Positions 10,310 to 20,164 of a stretch of 64,000 nucleotides of DNA are shown in pieces. The translations under genes and the position numbers were made by a program. This stretch comes from Acidobacteriota bacterium (GTDB lineage Bacteria > Acidobacteriota > UBA890 > WLXD01): NCBI GenBank assembly GCA_965205505.1, contig CBDBHB010000009.1, forward strand, positions 1,920,001 through 1,984,000, written 5' to 3'. The notes under the pieces are model-generated. The model saw only the letters and a list, made by a program, of their open reading frames with translations, was not told the origin of the DNA and did not search any database. The number at the start of each line of letters is the position of its first letter. Position 1 is the stretch's first letter.

Positions 10310-10584
10310 TGTCCTGTAGCAGAGGTTCGTTGCATATTGCTGGATCGAGATGGGGGCAAGCTCAAGGCGCGATGAGGATGGCGATGCGGCGGCCATCGTC
10401 GACGAATCGCAACGCTGAGATTGCCCCCATATCGACCCAGCCCTCCGGGTGGCCGCGGGACTGGCCACCTCCGGCGTCGGCCCTCCTCTGCGATACGCTC
10501 AGCATCGCCGTCGTCGAGCCTCCTTGGATTCGACTCAGTCGCGCGCGCCACAATATGCAACGAACCTCTGCTACAGGACACTAG
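10306..10584. mobile_element. MITE, TIR type A, full-length (~279 bp)
   Basis: Perfect 33 bp TIR TAGTGTCCTGTAGCAGAGGTTCGTTGCATATTG; begins at the TAG stop of the upstream gene and ends in CTAG. Confidence 0.9.
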
Positions 10585-10608
10585 GAGCCCTGGTGGTGGT
10601 GTGGCGTG

Positions 10609-11511
10609 CTAGCCGTGTTCCGGCCCGGCGCGTGCCGCCAGCAGCATCGAGATGGCGGCGTACGTCACCACTACCACCACCAGCCAACGGATGGCGGTGA
10701 GTGGCAGCGAGCCGACGATGAAGGCGGCGACCAGGACCGCGGGGATGCCGCCGAACAGCAGGCCTAACGACGGGCGCAGCGCGTAGCTGTTCTTGCGTAC
10801 GAAGCGCATACCCGCCACCGGCATGAGGAAGGCGCATGAGCCCATCATGATGGGGAAGGCAGCCCGCGGATCCATTCCCATGAGGCTGACCATGATCATG
10901 CACGGGGCGTACATGCCGATTCCCAGTGTCATGAGGGCGCCGAGGATCAGGTTGCCGAGGATTGCCGCCACCAGCAACGGGCCGTTCAGAGCCAAGGCCT
11001 CGCCACCGGCGGGAAACAACCCGAACTGCGTCATGACCATCAGGCCCGCTGCCACCAGAAGGGCGACTCCCATGCCCAACTGAATGCTGCGCCGTGGTAG
11101 CTCAGCGACCACGCCGGCGCCGAGCCAGGCACCGACAACGGCGGCGGTGATTAGTAGCGCTAGCGTCCACACGTCGACCTCGATAATCGCCATGAAGATG
11201 GACGCCTGCACGACGATGGCGAGGCCGCCGCCGACGTTGAGCGTGCCGGGAATGATCCGATCGGGGACCATCTTGAAGAACTTGTAGGCGGCGGTCGTCG
11301 GCGCGAACGAGCCGATGCCGAGGGTGTCGAAGAAGTTGACAATCGCGCCGATGGTGATCTCCTTGAGGTCGGGCCATTCCCATCGAGCTGCCGGGTGGGA
11401 GGCCGGCAAGTCGCGGCGAGCGTTCCGTGCTGCGGCGACCCAGACGGCGAGGAAGGCTGTTGCGACGAGGCCGAGAGCGATGAAGATCGCCAGCTTGGCG
11501 GGCGAGATCAT
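10609..11511 (-). CDS. Sulfite exporter TauE/SafE family membrane protein
   Basis: FFDTLGIGSFAPTT, IPGTLNVG, GIGMYAPCM, AFPIMMGSCAFLMP; polytopic membrane protein. Confidence 0.85.
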   Translation of the reverse strand: MISPAKLAIFIALGLVATAFLAVWVAAARNARRDLPASHPAARWEWPDLKEITIGAIVNFFDTLGIGSFAPTTAAYKFFKMVPDRIIPGTLNVGGGLAIVVQASIFMAIIEVDVWTLALLITAAVVGAWLGAGVVAELPRRSIQLGMGVALLVAAGLMVMTQFGLFPAGGEALALNGPLLVAAILGNLILGALMTLGIGMYAPCMIMVSLMGMDPRAAFPIMMGSCAFLMPVAGMRFVRKNSYALRPSLGLLFGGIPAVLVAAFIVGSLPLTAIRWLVVVVVTYAAISMLLAARAGPEHG

Positions 11512-11557
11512 CGCCTCACCGCTGGTAGTTGGTCCGGAATCGCCAACCCGCCGCTCG

Positions 11558-12721
11558 TCAGGCCAGGCTGGCGAGTCGCTGACAGGCTTCCGTCAGCACC
11601 TCGTCGTCCTTGGCGAAACAGAAGCGCAAGTATTTTTTGGCGTCAGTTCCCTGGAAGAACGCCTCGCCGGGAACGGCCGCGATCCCGGTGGTATTCAGCA
11701 GGTGCATGGCGCGCGCCTTGCCGTCCTCGCCCGGCAGGTGAGAGGCGTCGGCGAGTACGTAGTAGGCGCCGGCGGGAACACACGGAGTGAGCCCTGCGCT
11801 GTCGAGCGCGTCGCAGAACAGATCCCGCTTGGCCTCATACTCATCCGCTAGGTCGGCGAAGAAGGTGTCGTCCAGCGTGTTGACGCCGGCGGCGACGCCG
11901 TACTGCAGCGGCGCCGGCGCGCATACGTAGACGAGATCGTTCATGTACCCGATGATCTTGGACCATCGCGCCTCGCTGGCCGTATAGCCGATGCGCCAGC
12001 CGGTGATGCTGAAGGTCTTCGAGTAACCCGAGATGGTGATCGTCCGATCGCCGATCTGCGGCAGCGATCCGGGGCTGATGTGCTCGGCACCGCCGTAGAG
12101 GAAGTATTCGTAGATCTCGTCGGTGACCACCAGGAGGTCGTTGCGCACCGCAAGCTCGGCGATCCACTCGAGCTCCTCGCGTGTGAACACCTTTCCGGAC
12201 GGGTTGCCGGGCGTGTTGACCAAGATCATCTTCGTGCGCGGCGAGACAGCCGCTTCCAAGGCAGCCGGATCGAAGCTCCAATCCGGAGGCTGGAGCTTGA
12301 CCGTAACTGGAACCGCCTCAACCGAGCCCAGCGTGTTGACGTGGTAGCCGTAGTAGGGCTCGAAGAGAATGACCTCGTCGCCCGGATCGAGGAACGACAG
12401 GCACACGGCATAGAAGGCCCCGGTCGAGCCGGCCGAGACCACCACGTCGGTTTCGGGGTCGACCTCGATGCCGTTGTAGGCCTCTAGCTTTCGCGCCACT
12501 GCTTGTCGCAACACCTCGAGACCGTCGTAGCGGGTGTAGGTATTGATTCCCTGCTCGAGCGCTTCGCGGACGCCCTGGACTACCGGCTCGGGGGTCGGCG
12601 TGTCGCAGGTACCCTGCGCCAGGTTGATGCCGTCGACGCGCTCGCACTCGATAAACATGGCGCGGATCTCGGCCTGGGTAATAGAGTCCGCGCGTCGGCT
12701 CGGCGAAATTCCCGAAGTCAC
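11558..12721 (-). CDS. PLP-dependent aminotransferase class I/II
   Basis: INLAQG, NTPGNPSG, DEIYE, SKTFSITGWRIGY, RFCFAK. Confidence 0.92.
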   Translation of the reverse strand: MTSGISPSRRADSITQAEIRAMFIECERVDGINLAQGTCDTPTPEPVVQGVREALEQGINTYTRYDGLEVLRQAVARKLEAYNGIEVDPETDVVVSAGSTGAFYAVCLSFLDPGDEVILFEPYYGYHVNTLGSVEAVPVTVKLQPPDWSFDPAALEAAVSPRTKMILVNTPGNPSGKVFTREELEWIAELAVRNDLLVVTDEIYEYFLYGGAEHISPGSLPQIGDRTITISGYSKTFSITGWRIGYTASEARWSKIIGYMNDLVYVCAPAPLQYGVAAGVNTLDDTFFADLADEYEAKRDLFCDALDSAGLTPCVPAGAYYVLADASHLPGEDGKARAMHLLNTTGIAAVPGEAFFQGTDAKKYLRFCFAKDDEVLTEACQRLASLA

Positions 12722-12728
12722 AGCGATC

Positions 12729-13019
12729 TCACTGCCCAAAGGGCGGATCCGGTATGAGCTCAGGTCCACGGCGCTCGATCGTAAGGTTGGCCCCGGCGGG
12801 CACGTTCTTGACCGTCTTCATCGCGTTGCCGAACTGCGTCGGGCCGCAGAATGGATCGGCTAAGTTGCCGGGATTCGGGCAGTTGATCGGACCGACCCGG
12901 AGCTCATCGCCATTGGCGCGCGCCGCCGCCGACTCGTCGGCGAAGAAGTTCTGCGCCAGCACCTCACCGTCCCCGAGCACCAGCAGGTCGCCGCCGGCCC
13001 AGATCGAATAGGTGGTCAT
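12729..13019 (-). CDS. Hypothetical protein or gene fragment
   Basis: 96 aa ORF with typical codon usage, no recognisable family. Confidence 0.35.
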   Translation of the reverse strand: MTTYSIWAGGDLLVLGDGEVLAQNFFADESAAARANGDELRVGPINCPNPGNLADPFCGPTQFGNAMKTVKNVPAGANLTIERRGPELIPDPPFGQ

Positions 13020-13407
13020 TTCGTCGAACCCCGATTGCCGTTCGCGGCATGTGTGAAGGTGAGCATGGGAAGTGCCGAGCCGAAGCCCGGGAAGAACTCT
13101 GCGTGGTGGGCCCTTACCCTGATGATCTCATCCGTGGAGGGCGGTTCGAAGTTGGAGACATGGAACATTCGACGCATCGCCCTTGATGGTGGGGCGGCGC
13201 GTCGAGCTTTCTATCACGCCGGCCGCGTCGGCCACCAGAGCCTGTGCGGCGTGCCCGCTGCAACGGAGTTTAACGGGGGTCCCGCCGTCCGGCCTCCAGC
13301 ACATGCAATCCTCGCGGCATGTGCGAAGGGACGAACTGACGGGCCGACATTTGGCACGGTTGAGGCGCCCCAAGCAGGAGACTACGACCAGCGCGGCAAT
13401 TGCGCCG

Positions 13408-13424
13408 TGGGCACGGGCATTGCG
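13408..13424 (+). promoter_or_regulatory. Possible sigma-54 (-24/-12) promoter
   Basis: GGCACGGGCATTGC (GG-N10-GC) about 30 bp upstream of the RBS and ATG at 13455; one mismatch to TGGCAC. Confidence 0.3.
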
Positions 13425-13454
13425 CCGTTTCCACGAGAGACGGGGGAGCTTCGA

Positions 13455-13706
13455 ATGACCGACCTCGAGCGTCGGCTAGCCGGGCTCATCGTGGCTCTGT
13501 GGTTGCACGACACCACGCTCGGACGATCGTCGTTTCTGGTGTTCGCGGTATCGGGCCTGAAGGTGTTGCTTTATGATCTTGCCGGCGCCGCACCGCTGGT
13601 GCGTATCGGTAGCCTGGTGGCGCTGGGCGTGAGCCTGTTCGTTGGCGGCTGGCTCTATCAAGAGCTCAGCACTTCCGCCCCGCGCCAGCAGCAAGACGAG
13701 AGCTGA
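13455..13706 (+). pseudogene. Internally deleted DUF2339-like membrane protein
   Basis: GGGGAG RBS, MTDLERRL start fused directly to the C-terminal motif LKVLLYDL...RIGSLVALGVSLF...LYQ. Confidence 0.6.
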
Positions 13707-13717
13707 TCTTCGCTCAA

Positions 13718-15955
13718 ATGCCCGACGGCGGTGCCATATTCAACAGACACCCGGCTCGCACACGCGGCTGGTGGTTGCTCGCCAGCGCCGGTCTACTCGG
13801 CGCGCTGCTGGCCGCGCCAACCGTCGGGGCACAGACCGGGCCCGAGGAAACCAAGCTCACGACGGCGACCTTCACGAGCACCCCGCCGGTGATCGACGGC
13901 CGAGTTGACGACGTCGCTTGGGAAGCGGCCGAGGTGATCACCGACTTCGCGCAGAAGGATCCCGTCGCGGGGGCGCCACCGTCGCAGCGCACCGAGGTGC
14001 GGATCCTCTACGACCAGGACAACCTCTATTTTGGCTGGACGCTGTTCGACGACAACCCGGAAGCGATCGTGGCGACGTCGCTCGAGCGCGATGCGTTCAA
14101 GGTCGACGACGACCACATCACGATGGTGCTCGATACGTTCCACGACCACCGCAACGCCTTCATGTTCGCCGCCAACCCGTTGGGCACGAAGTTCGACTGG
14201 GTGATCACCGACGAAAGCCAGGTGAATGGAAACTGGGACGAGGCCTGGGAGATAGCCACCGCGTTCACCGATGAGGGCTGGGAGGCCGAGGTGGTGATTC
14301 CGTTCGCCATCCTCAGGTATCCGCCGGGCACACACGTCTGGGGCCTGGAGCTCGACCGCGGCATCGGCCGCCACCGCGAGGAGATCAACTGGAACAACCT
14401 TGGCCGCGATTACGATTGGCGCGCCATCTCACAGTCGGGGCACTTGGCGGGATTGGAGAACCTGAAGCTCACCGAGCGGTTTCGTCTCAAGCCGTTCGCC
14501 ACCGCAGGATACGACTCGCTGAAGCAGCGCGACGATCCGGTGTCTGAGAGGACCGGCGAGTTCGGCCTCGAGGTCTTCAAGATCCAGCTGACCCCCAACC
14601 TCACCGCCAACCTTACCGCCAACACTGATTTCGCCCAGGTCGAGGTCGACGACCAGCGCGTCAACCTCACCCGGTTTTCGTTGTTCTTTCCCGAGAAGCG
14701 CGAGTTCTTCCTCGAGGCCAATGACAGCTTCACCTTCGGCACCCTGTCGCGCCGTGGCCAGGGTGGAGGCGGCGGCTTCGGCCGGCAGCCGCCGCTGGCG
14801 CTGTTGTTCTTCTCACGGCGGATCGGCCTGGGGCCGGACGGCGAGCCTGTCCCCATCCGCTTCGGCGGCAAGCTGACCGGCAAGGTCGGCAGCGGGACCC
14901 TCGGCATGCTCAACGTGCAGACCGACGATTCGCAGTTTGGCGCCGGCCAGAACTACACTGCGGTGCGTTGGAAGCAGGACGTGCTGGGTCGCTCCAGCAT
15001 CGGGGCGCTGTTCACCAACGTGCAAGGCGCCGATGGCGAGTTCAACCGCGTGTTCGGCGCCGATGTCGACTTCACGTTCTTTGACCACCTGTTCGTATCC
15101 GGCTTTGTTGCCGGGATGAGCGACAGCGACGTCGAGGGCGCGCCGTGGGCCGGCCAGTTCAGCGTTGGTTGGGATACCGACAAGTGGGGTGCTTCGGGCG
15201 ACGTAACCTACATCGAAGAGGACTTCGACAGCGACCTCGGCTTCATTCTGCGGCGCGACATCATTCGCCAGAACTATCAAGCGCGATGGTCTTCCCGGCC
15301 TGGGTGGGCAGTCCTGAGGCGGACTTCGTTGACGGGATCGCTCGAGCACATCACCGATGTCTCCGGGCGCCTCGTCTCTCGCCGCGCTGCCGCCGACGCG
15401 AGCTTGGAGCTCGACTCGGGTGACCGGCTCACGTTCAGCGTGCACCGAAATTTCGAGCGCCTGGACTTCGATTTCCAGATCGACGAAAGCGTGACCATCC
15501 CGATAGGTAGTTACTCCTGGACCGACGGCCGGATCACCTTGCGTACGACCAATCGCCGCTGGCTCAGCGGCAACGTGAGTGTTGACCTCGGAGACTTCTA
15601 CGATGGCACACGGGTCGGGATCGGCGGCGGTCCCTCGATCCGGTTCAGCGAGCGCTTCGGCCTGCAGCCCGAGTACCGCTACAACCGAGTGCGGCTACCC
15701 GGTGGCGAGTTCGAGACCCAGCTGGCCCGAGTGCGCGCCAATCTGCACTTCTCGGATCGAGTGCTGATCGACTCGATCGCACAGTACAGCAGCGTGAGCG
15801 ATCAGCTGTCGCTGTTCGCGCGGCTGCGCTTTATCTACCGCCCCGGCGATGATTTCTATCTTGTCTATCGGCAGACGACCGCTTCCGGGGGTATGTTCGA
15901 TGGTCTCGACGATCGGTCGCTGACCGCCAAGATGACCTACGCATTCGATTGGTAG
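13718..15955 (+). CDS. CBM9-like domain + DUF5916 outer-membrane protein (paralogue of 7703-10309)
   Basis: Signal peptide, PVIDG, DTFHDHRNAF, NTDFAQVEVD, RFSLFFPEKREFFLE, C-terminal aromatic (YAFDW). Confidence 0.88.
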   Translation: MPDGGAIFNRHPARTRGWWLLASAGLLGALLAAPTVGAQTGPEETKLTTATFTSTPPVIDGRVDDVAWEAAEVITDFAQKDPVAGAPPSQRTEVRILYDQDNLYFGWTLFDDNPEAIVATSLERDAFKVDDDHITMVLDTFHDHRNAFMFAANPLGTKFDWVITDESQVNGNWDEAWEIATAFTDEGWEAEVVIPFAILRYPPGTHVWGLELDRGIGRHREEINWNNLGRDYDWRAISQSGHLAGLENLKLTERFRLKPFATAGYDSLKQRDDPVSERTGEFGLEVFKIQLTPNLTANLTANTDFAQVEVDDQRVNLTRFSLFFPEKREFFLEANDSFTFGTLSRRGQGGGGGFGRQPPLALLFFSRRIGLGPDGEPVPIRFGGKLTGKVGSGTLGMLNVQTDDSQFGAGQNYTAVRWKQDVLGRSSIGALFTNVQGADGEFNRVFGADVDFTFFDHLFVSGFVAGMSDSDVEGAPWAGQFSVGWDTDKWGASGDVTYIEEDFDSDLGFILRRDIIRQNYQARWSSRPGWAVLRRTSLTGSLEHITDVSGRLVSRRAAADASLELDSGDRLTFSVHRNFERLDFDFQIDESVTIPIGSYSWTDGRITLRTTNRRWLSGNVSVDLGDFYDGTRVGIGGGPSIRFSERFGLQPEYRYNRVRLPGGEFETQLARVRANLHFSDRVLIDSIAQYSSVSDQLSLFARLRFIYRPGDDFYLVYRQTTASGGMFDGLDDRSLTAKMTYAFDW

Positions 15956-16009
15956 CGGTGTCCCTAGAACACGCGCCGCCGAGCTCGTTGCTGTCACTCG
16001 CGTAGCCTG

Positions 16010-17182
16010 TTAGTCGTCTTCGTACTCGTGCTCGCCTTCGATCAGGGCGCCTTCGGCGAAGCGTGCGGGCCGAAAGGCGCTGATGTCGACCGTCGAGGCT
16101 GCACCGTCGAGCAGCAGCTCCGACATCACCACGCCGATCGCCGGTGAGATCTTGAAGCCCATCCCGGAGAAGCCTGCGGCGACGTACAACCCGGAAACCT
16201 CTGGCACCTCGCCGAGAATCGGGCGAGTGTCGGGGCTCACGTCGTAGATTCCTGTAACCGCGCGCTGGATACCCGCGTCTACGAGCGCCGGGATCCGACC
16301 GGTGGCGCTCATCACCAGCTCGGCGAGATCTTCCTCGGGGGGGTTCTCCTGGAAGTCACTCGGGTCGACGTTGCGGTCCCCGTAGAAGTCGCCCACCAAG
16401 GTGAGATCGCCGGCGTCAGATCGGAAGTACGTCCTCGTGATGGAGTCGATGCAGGCGCAGCCCTCCGACTTCATGCCGGGCGGGTTCCGCAGGACGGCCA
16501 CCTGGTGGTATTCGGGTTCGATCGGCAGGTCCAGGCGCAGCGTGCTCAGCAACGGCCTAGTCCACGGACCGATCGCCGACACAATTACCGGGGCTTCGAT
16601 GGTCCCGTCGTCGGTCTCCACGGCGCGGATGCGGCCACCCTCAACACGGAGCGCCGTGGCGGTTGTGTGCGGTCGGTACTCGACGTCCATTTCCCGCGCG
16701 CGTGACAGGAAGTCGCCGGCGACGACGGCGCCGTCACCGTATCCGGAATCGGGCTCGTAGGCGGCCAGCGCAACATCCTCGACGTTCCAGTCGGGCTCGA
16801 TCTGGGAAAGCTCATCGGGTCCGATGAGCTCGACGTTAGCGCCGAGTCCGCGCTGCATATCGACCTGCGCCCGCAACCGCTCGACCTCCGCCTCGGGCAC
16901 CAGGCGTACGAAGCCGACGTTGCGGAAGTGTGTCGGGCGCTCGACGATGTCCTCCCAGTTCTTGAAGATCTCCAAGCTGCGCAGCGCCAGCTCGACCTCA
17001 GGCGGGAAGCTGTAGTGCATGCGGATGAGGGCCGATGATCGCCCGCTACCTCCGGCTGCCACCACATCTCGGTCGAGCAACACGACCCGCCCGGGAGCGC
17101 GGCGGGCGAGCTGGAAAGCGATCGACGTGCCGATCACCCCAGCGCCCAGGATGACGATGTCAGCATTAGTGTTGTTGCTCAT
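16010..17182 (-). CDS. FAD-dependent oxidoreductase, DAO/sarcosine oxidase beta-like
   Basis: GAGVIG, GSGRSSALIR, YDVSPD..PILG, GFSGMGFKISP. Confidence 0.88.
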   Translation of the reverse strand: MSNNTNADIVILGAGVIGTSIAFQLARRAPGRVVLLDRDVVAAGGSGRSSALIRMHYSFPPEVELALRSLEIFKNWEDIVERPTHFRNVGFVRLVPEAEVERLRAQVDMQRGLGANVELIGPDELSQIEPDWNVEDVALAAYEPDSGYGDGAVVAGDFLSRAREMDVEYRPHTTATALRVEGGRIRAVETDDGTIEAPVIVSAIGPWTRPLLSTLRLDLPIEPEYHQVAVLRNPPGMKSEGCACIDSITRTYFRSDAGDLTLVGDFYGDRNVDPSDFQENPPEEDLAELVMSATGRIPALVDAGIQRAVTGIYDVSPDTRPILGEVPEVSGLYVAAGFSGMGFKISPAIGVVMSELLLDGAASTVDISAFRPARFAEGALIEGEHEYEDD

Positions 17183-18790
17183 GCGTCCCTCCGGCGTAGA
17201 TCGCCAAGCACCTGCTTGGCGGCGTTGTGGCCTGGTGCCGCGGTAACACCTCCCCCGGGATGTGCGCCAGCGCCGCAGAGGTAGAGACCCTGCACAGGTG
17301 TCCGGTAGTGTGCCCATCCCGGCACAGGCCGCATGAAGAACAACTGTTCGAGACTCAAGTCACCGTGGAAGATGTTGCCCTCGGTGAGCCCGTAGGTACG
17401 CTCCAGGTCGAGAGGTGTGAGTACCTGTCGTGCTACCACCGCGCCAGGAACGTTGGGCGCGTACTGGCCAATCGTAGTAACCACGCGATCACCGAGCAGG
17501 TCGCGATTGTCGTCCCAGGTGCCCTCTTGCAGGTGGTAAGGCACATACTGCACGAAACAGCCGACAATATGCCTCCCGGGCGGCGCTAGCGTGTCGTCGA
17601 CGACGGAGGCCCACACACAATCGACCCACAGCTGTTCCGGGATCTCGCCCATCTTGGCGATGTCATAACAGCGCTCAGCGAACTCCAGCGATGGTACCAG
17701 CGTAAACAGCGATCATTGCTCGGGGCTAGCGTCCTCGGGCATGCCGTTCACGCGCGGCTCCTCTGACAGCACCAGGTTCACCTTGGCGCAGGGGCCGTCC
17801 ATCTTGATGCCAGCGATCGCCGACCGGAACTCGTCGTCAAGCACCTCGGCATCGACAAGTCCAAGGAACGTGCGCTTGGGGTCGGCGTTCGATACTACGG
17901 TTGCAGCAGTGATCTCGCTGCCGTCCTCCAGAACGACTCCGCGAGCGCGCCCGTCGCGTACGTCGATCCGGCTCACCGGGCTGGAGGTGCCGGATCTCCA
18001 CCCCGAATTGCCGGCAGGCAGTTGCCATGGCCTCGGTAATGGCGCCCATGCCACCGATGACGTGACCGGAGAAGCCCTGCTGGTCGTGCTCGCCGCCTGA
18101 GAGCAAATGGAACAGCAGTCCGATGGCGGTGCCGGGTTGGTAGGGGCCGCCGTGCTTGTCGTAAACGTTGTTGGCCAGAAACAACGCCTTGACCTCGTCG
18201 GATTCGTGGTTGCGATCCAGGAACTCGCCCAGGCTGCCGGTCAGAAACGACACCAGCCGGCCCATCTCGTCGCCGGTCATGCCGAGGAAACGTCGCCCCA
18301 CCCGGATGAGCTCTAGCAGGCCAGCGAAGCCGCGTGTGTGGACATCGGGGGGTGGCTCCATGAAGAACGGCTGCAGGTAGCGCGCTAGCCGCTTGAGCTC
18401 ATCGTCGACGCGCACGAAAGTGCGGGCGTCGCGCTGCGAGAAGCGGGCGAGCTCCGCGACAGTGCGATCACGGTCGTGCCACCATGGCAGCACGGTGCCG
18501 TTGGGAAACGCCACCTGCAGCGACGGATCGCACGGCACCATACGGAGTCCGTTCGCGCCCAGGTTCAGGTCACGGATTACCTCCGGACGCAACATGCTGG
18601 CGATATACGACGTGGTGGAGGCACGACATCCGGGAGCGATCTCCTCGGTAACGCAGGCGCCGCCGACGATCTCGCGCCGCTCGAGCACCAGCGTGCGCAG
18701 GCCCGCTTTGGCGAGATAGGCCGCTGCCACCAGGCCGTTGTGCCCGGCACCGACAACGATGACATCGAAGTCCGTGTTGCTGTGGCTCAT
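17179..18790 (-). pseudogene. Phytoene dehydrogenase-like FAD oxidoreductase, disrupted
   Basis: GAGHNGLVAAAYLA...GGMGAI...TPLDLER..GNIFHG..LYLCGAGAHPGGGV; +1 frameshift near 17990 and in-frame TGA at 17713-17715. Confidence 0.85.
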
Positions 18791-18895
18791 GGCTCGCGAA
18801 GCTGGTTGCCGAGAACGACGGTTGCGGGGAGCTGTGCTTGCGGGAAACCTGCGTCGGGTCGCCGCGAACAGGCGGTTGGCAGCGCCGAGAACCTT

Positions 18896-20164
18896 CTAGC
18901 CGATTCCCTGCCAGAGGTCCTCGACCCGGAACACCACCTCGCCGTTGGCGCGCACCTTCCACGCGGTGATCGGATTCAGATGGTACGAAGCGTCAGGACG
19001 ACCCCGCACTTTAACCAATTCCGATCCGGTGGGTTGTACGTAGCCGGTCTCGTCGACGGCGCGGCTGAGGATCTGGGTCTCGGCGCCGTTCCAGCGCCAC
19101 AAGTGACGGAAGCGCGTGTGCGCCTTAGAAAGCACAGGTGACTGGAGCTCTGCCGGTGTCCACGAGCGGCCGGAGTCGGTGCTGATGTCGACGCGCCGAA
19201 TCTTGTCGCGGCCGCTCCATGCGAGGCCGCGGATCTCCACCCAGCCTGGTTGCAGACGATTCGGGTAGGCGGGAAAGGTGATGATCGAGCGCGCGTCCAT
19301 GACGAAGCTGAACATGTGAGCGGTGCCGTCTGTGTATACCTCGGTATATCGGGCGGTTTCCTCACGGGTCATGAACGGGGCATCCGCCACCTCGATACGA
19401 CGCAGCCATTTGACGCTGGCGTTGCCCTCCCATCCTGGCAGCAGCAAGCGCATCGGGTAGCCCTGCTCGGGGCGCATCGCCTCGCCGTTCTGCGCGTAAG
19501 CGATCATGGCGTCGTCCCAGCCCTTGCTCATGGGCACGCTACGGGTCATCACCGCGGCGTCGCTTCCCTCGGCGAGGAACCACGTCGCCTTCGGCTTGAC
19601 GCCGACCTCGCGGAAGAGGGTCGATAGCAATACCCCGGTCCATTCACTCTGGCTGGTCATGCCACAGATGTCACCGGGGGTATTCTCTTCGCGTCCGTAC
19701 CAGTAGAGGTTGCCGGCGCACTCGAGAAAGCAGATCCGGGACACCGCCGGGAAGCGCTTGAGCTCATGGAGCGAGAGCTTCAGCGGTCGGTCGACCATCC
19801 CGTGAATGAGCAGGTGGTGGCGATCGGGGTCGATCTGCGGAACCCCTCCGTGGTGTCGCTCGAAGTGGAGCCCCGAGGGCGTGATCATCCCGTACAGGTC
19901 TTGCAAGGGCGTGCGTGCGCCGCGCTCGCTGGTGAGGATGCGCTCGGGTCGTTCGAACGGGGAGCGGCCGCCGATTGCGCTCGAGGCGGCGCCCGGCACC
20001 TTGGTGGGATCCTCCGGGGTTGCCTGTACGTTCTGGGCCGTCGTCTGCACCACCCTGCCGTCTGCGGTGCGCGTCAGCACGACACCGGCGGTGGCAGTGG
20101 CCACGGTGATCAGCTTACGGCGGCTGATGAGGTCGGCGCGGTTGATCGTCTCGTTATCGTTCAT
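18896..20164 (-). CDS. soxC: SoxC-type molybdopterin sulfite/sulfane dehydrogenase
   Basis: Tat-like SRRKL, TPLQDL.G.ITP.GLHFERHH.G.P, FLECAGN, QNGE..RPEQGYP.RL, G.AWSG, SRA.DETGYVQP. Confidence 0.9.
   Translation of the reverse strand: MNDNETINRADLISRRKLITVATATAGVVLTRTADGRVVQTTAQNVQATPEDPTKVPGAASSAIGGRSPFERPERILTSERGARTPLQDLYGMITPSGLHFERHHGGVPQIDPDRHHLLIHGMVDRPLKLSLHELKRFPAVSRICFLECAGNLYWYGREENTPGDICGMTSQSEWTGVLLSTLFREVGVKPKATWFLAEGSDAAVMTRSVPMSKGWDDAMIAYAQNGEAMRPEQGYPMRLLLPGWEGNASVKWLRRIEVADAPFMTREETARYTEVYTDGTAHMFSFVMDARSIITFPAYPNRLQPGWVEIRGLAWSGRDKIRRVDISTDSGRSWTPAELQSPVLSKAHTRFRHLWRWNGAETQILSRAVDETGYVQPTGSELVKVRGRPDASYHLNPITAWKVRANGEVVFRVEDLWQGIG

Noticed and set aside
10306-10612. Short ORFs inside MITEs (MSCSRGSLHI..., MLKNSGGSG..., and similar at 7317, 52732, 55618)
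   Set aside because: They are read-throughs of the repeat on both strands, with no RBS or transposase motifs.
17713-17715. In-frame TGA as selenocysteine
   Set aside because: No catalytic Cys context, no evident SECIS, and the gene has a separate frameshift; a CGA>TGA nonsense change is simpler.
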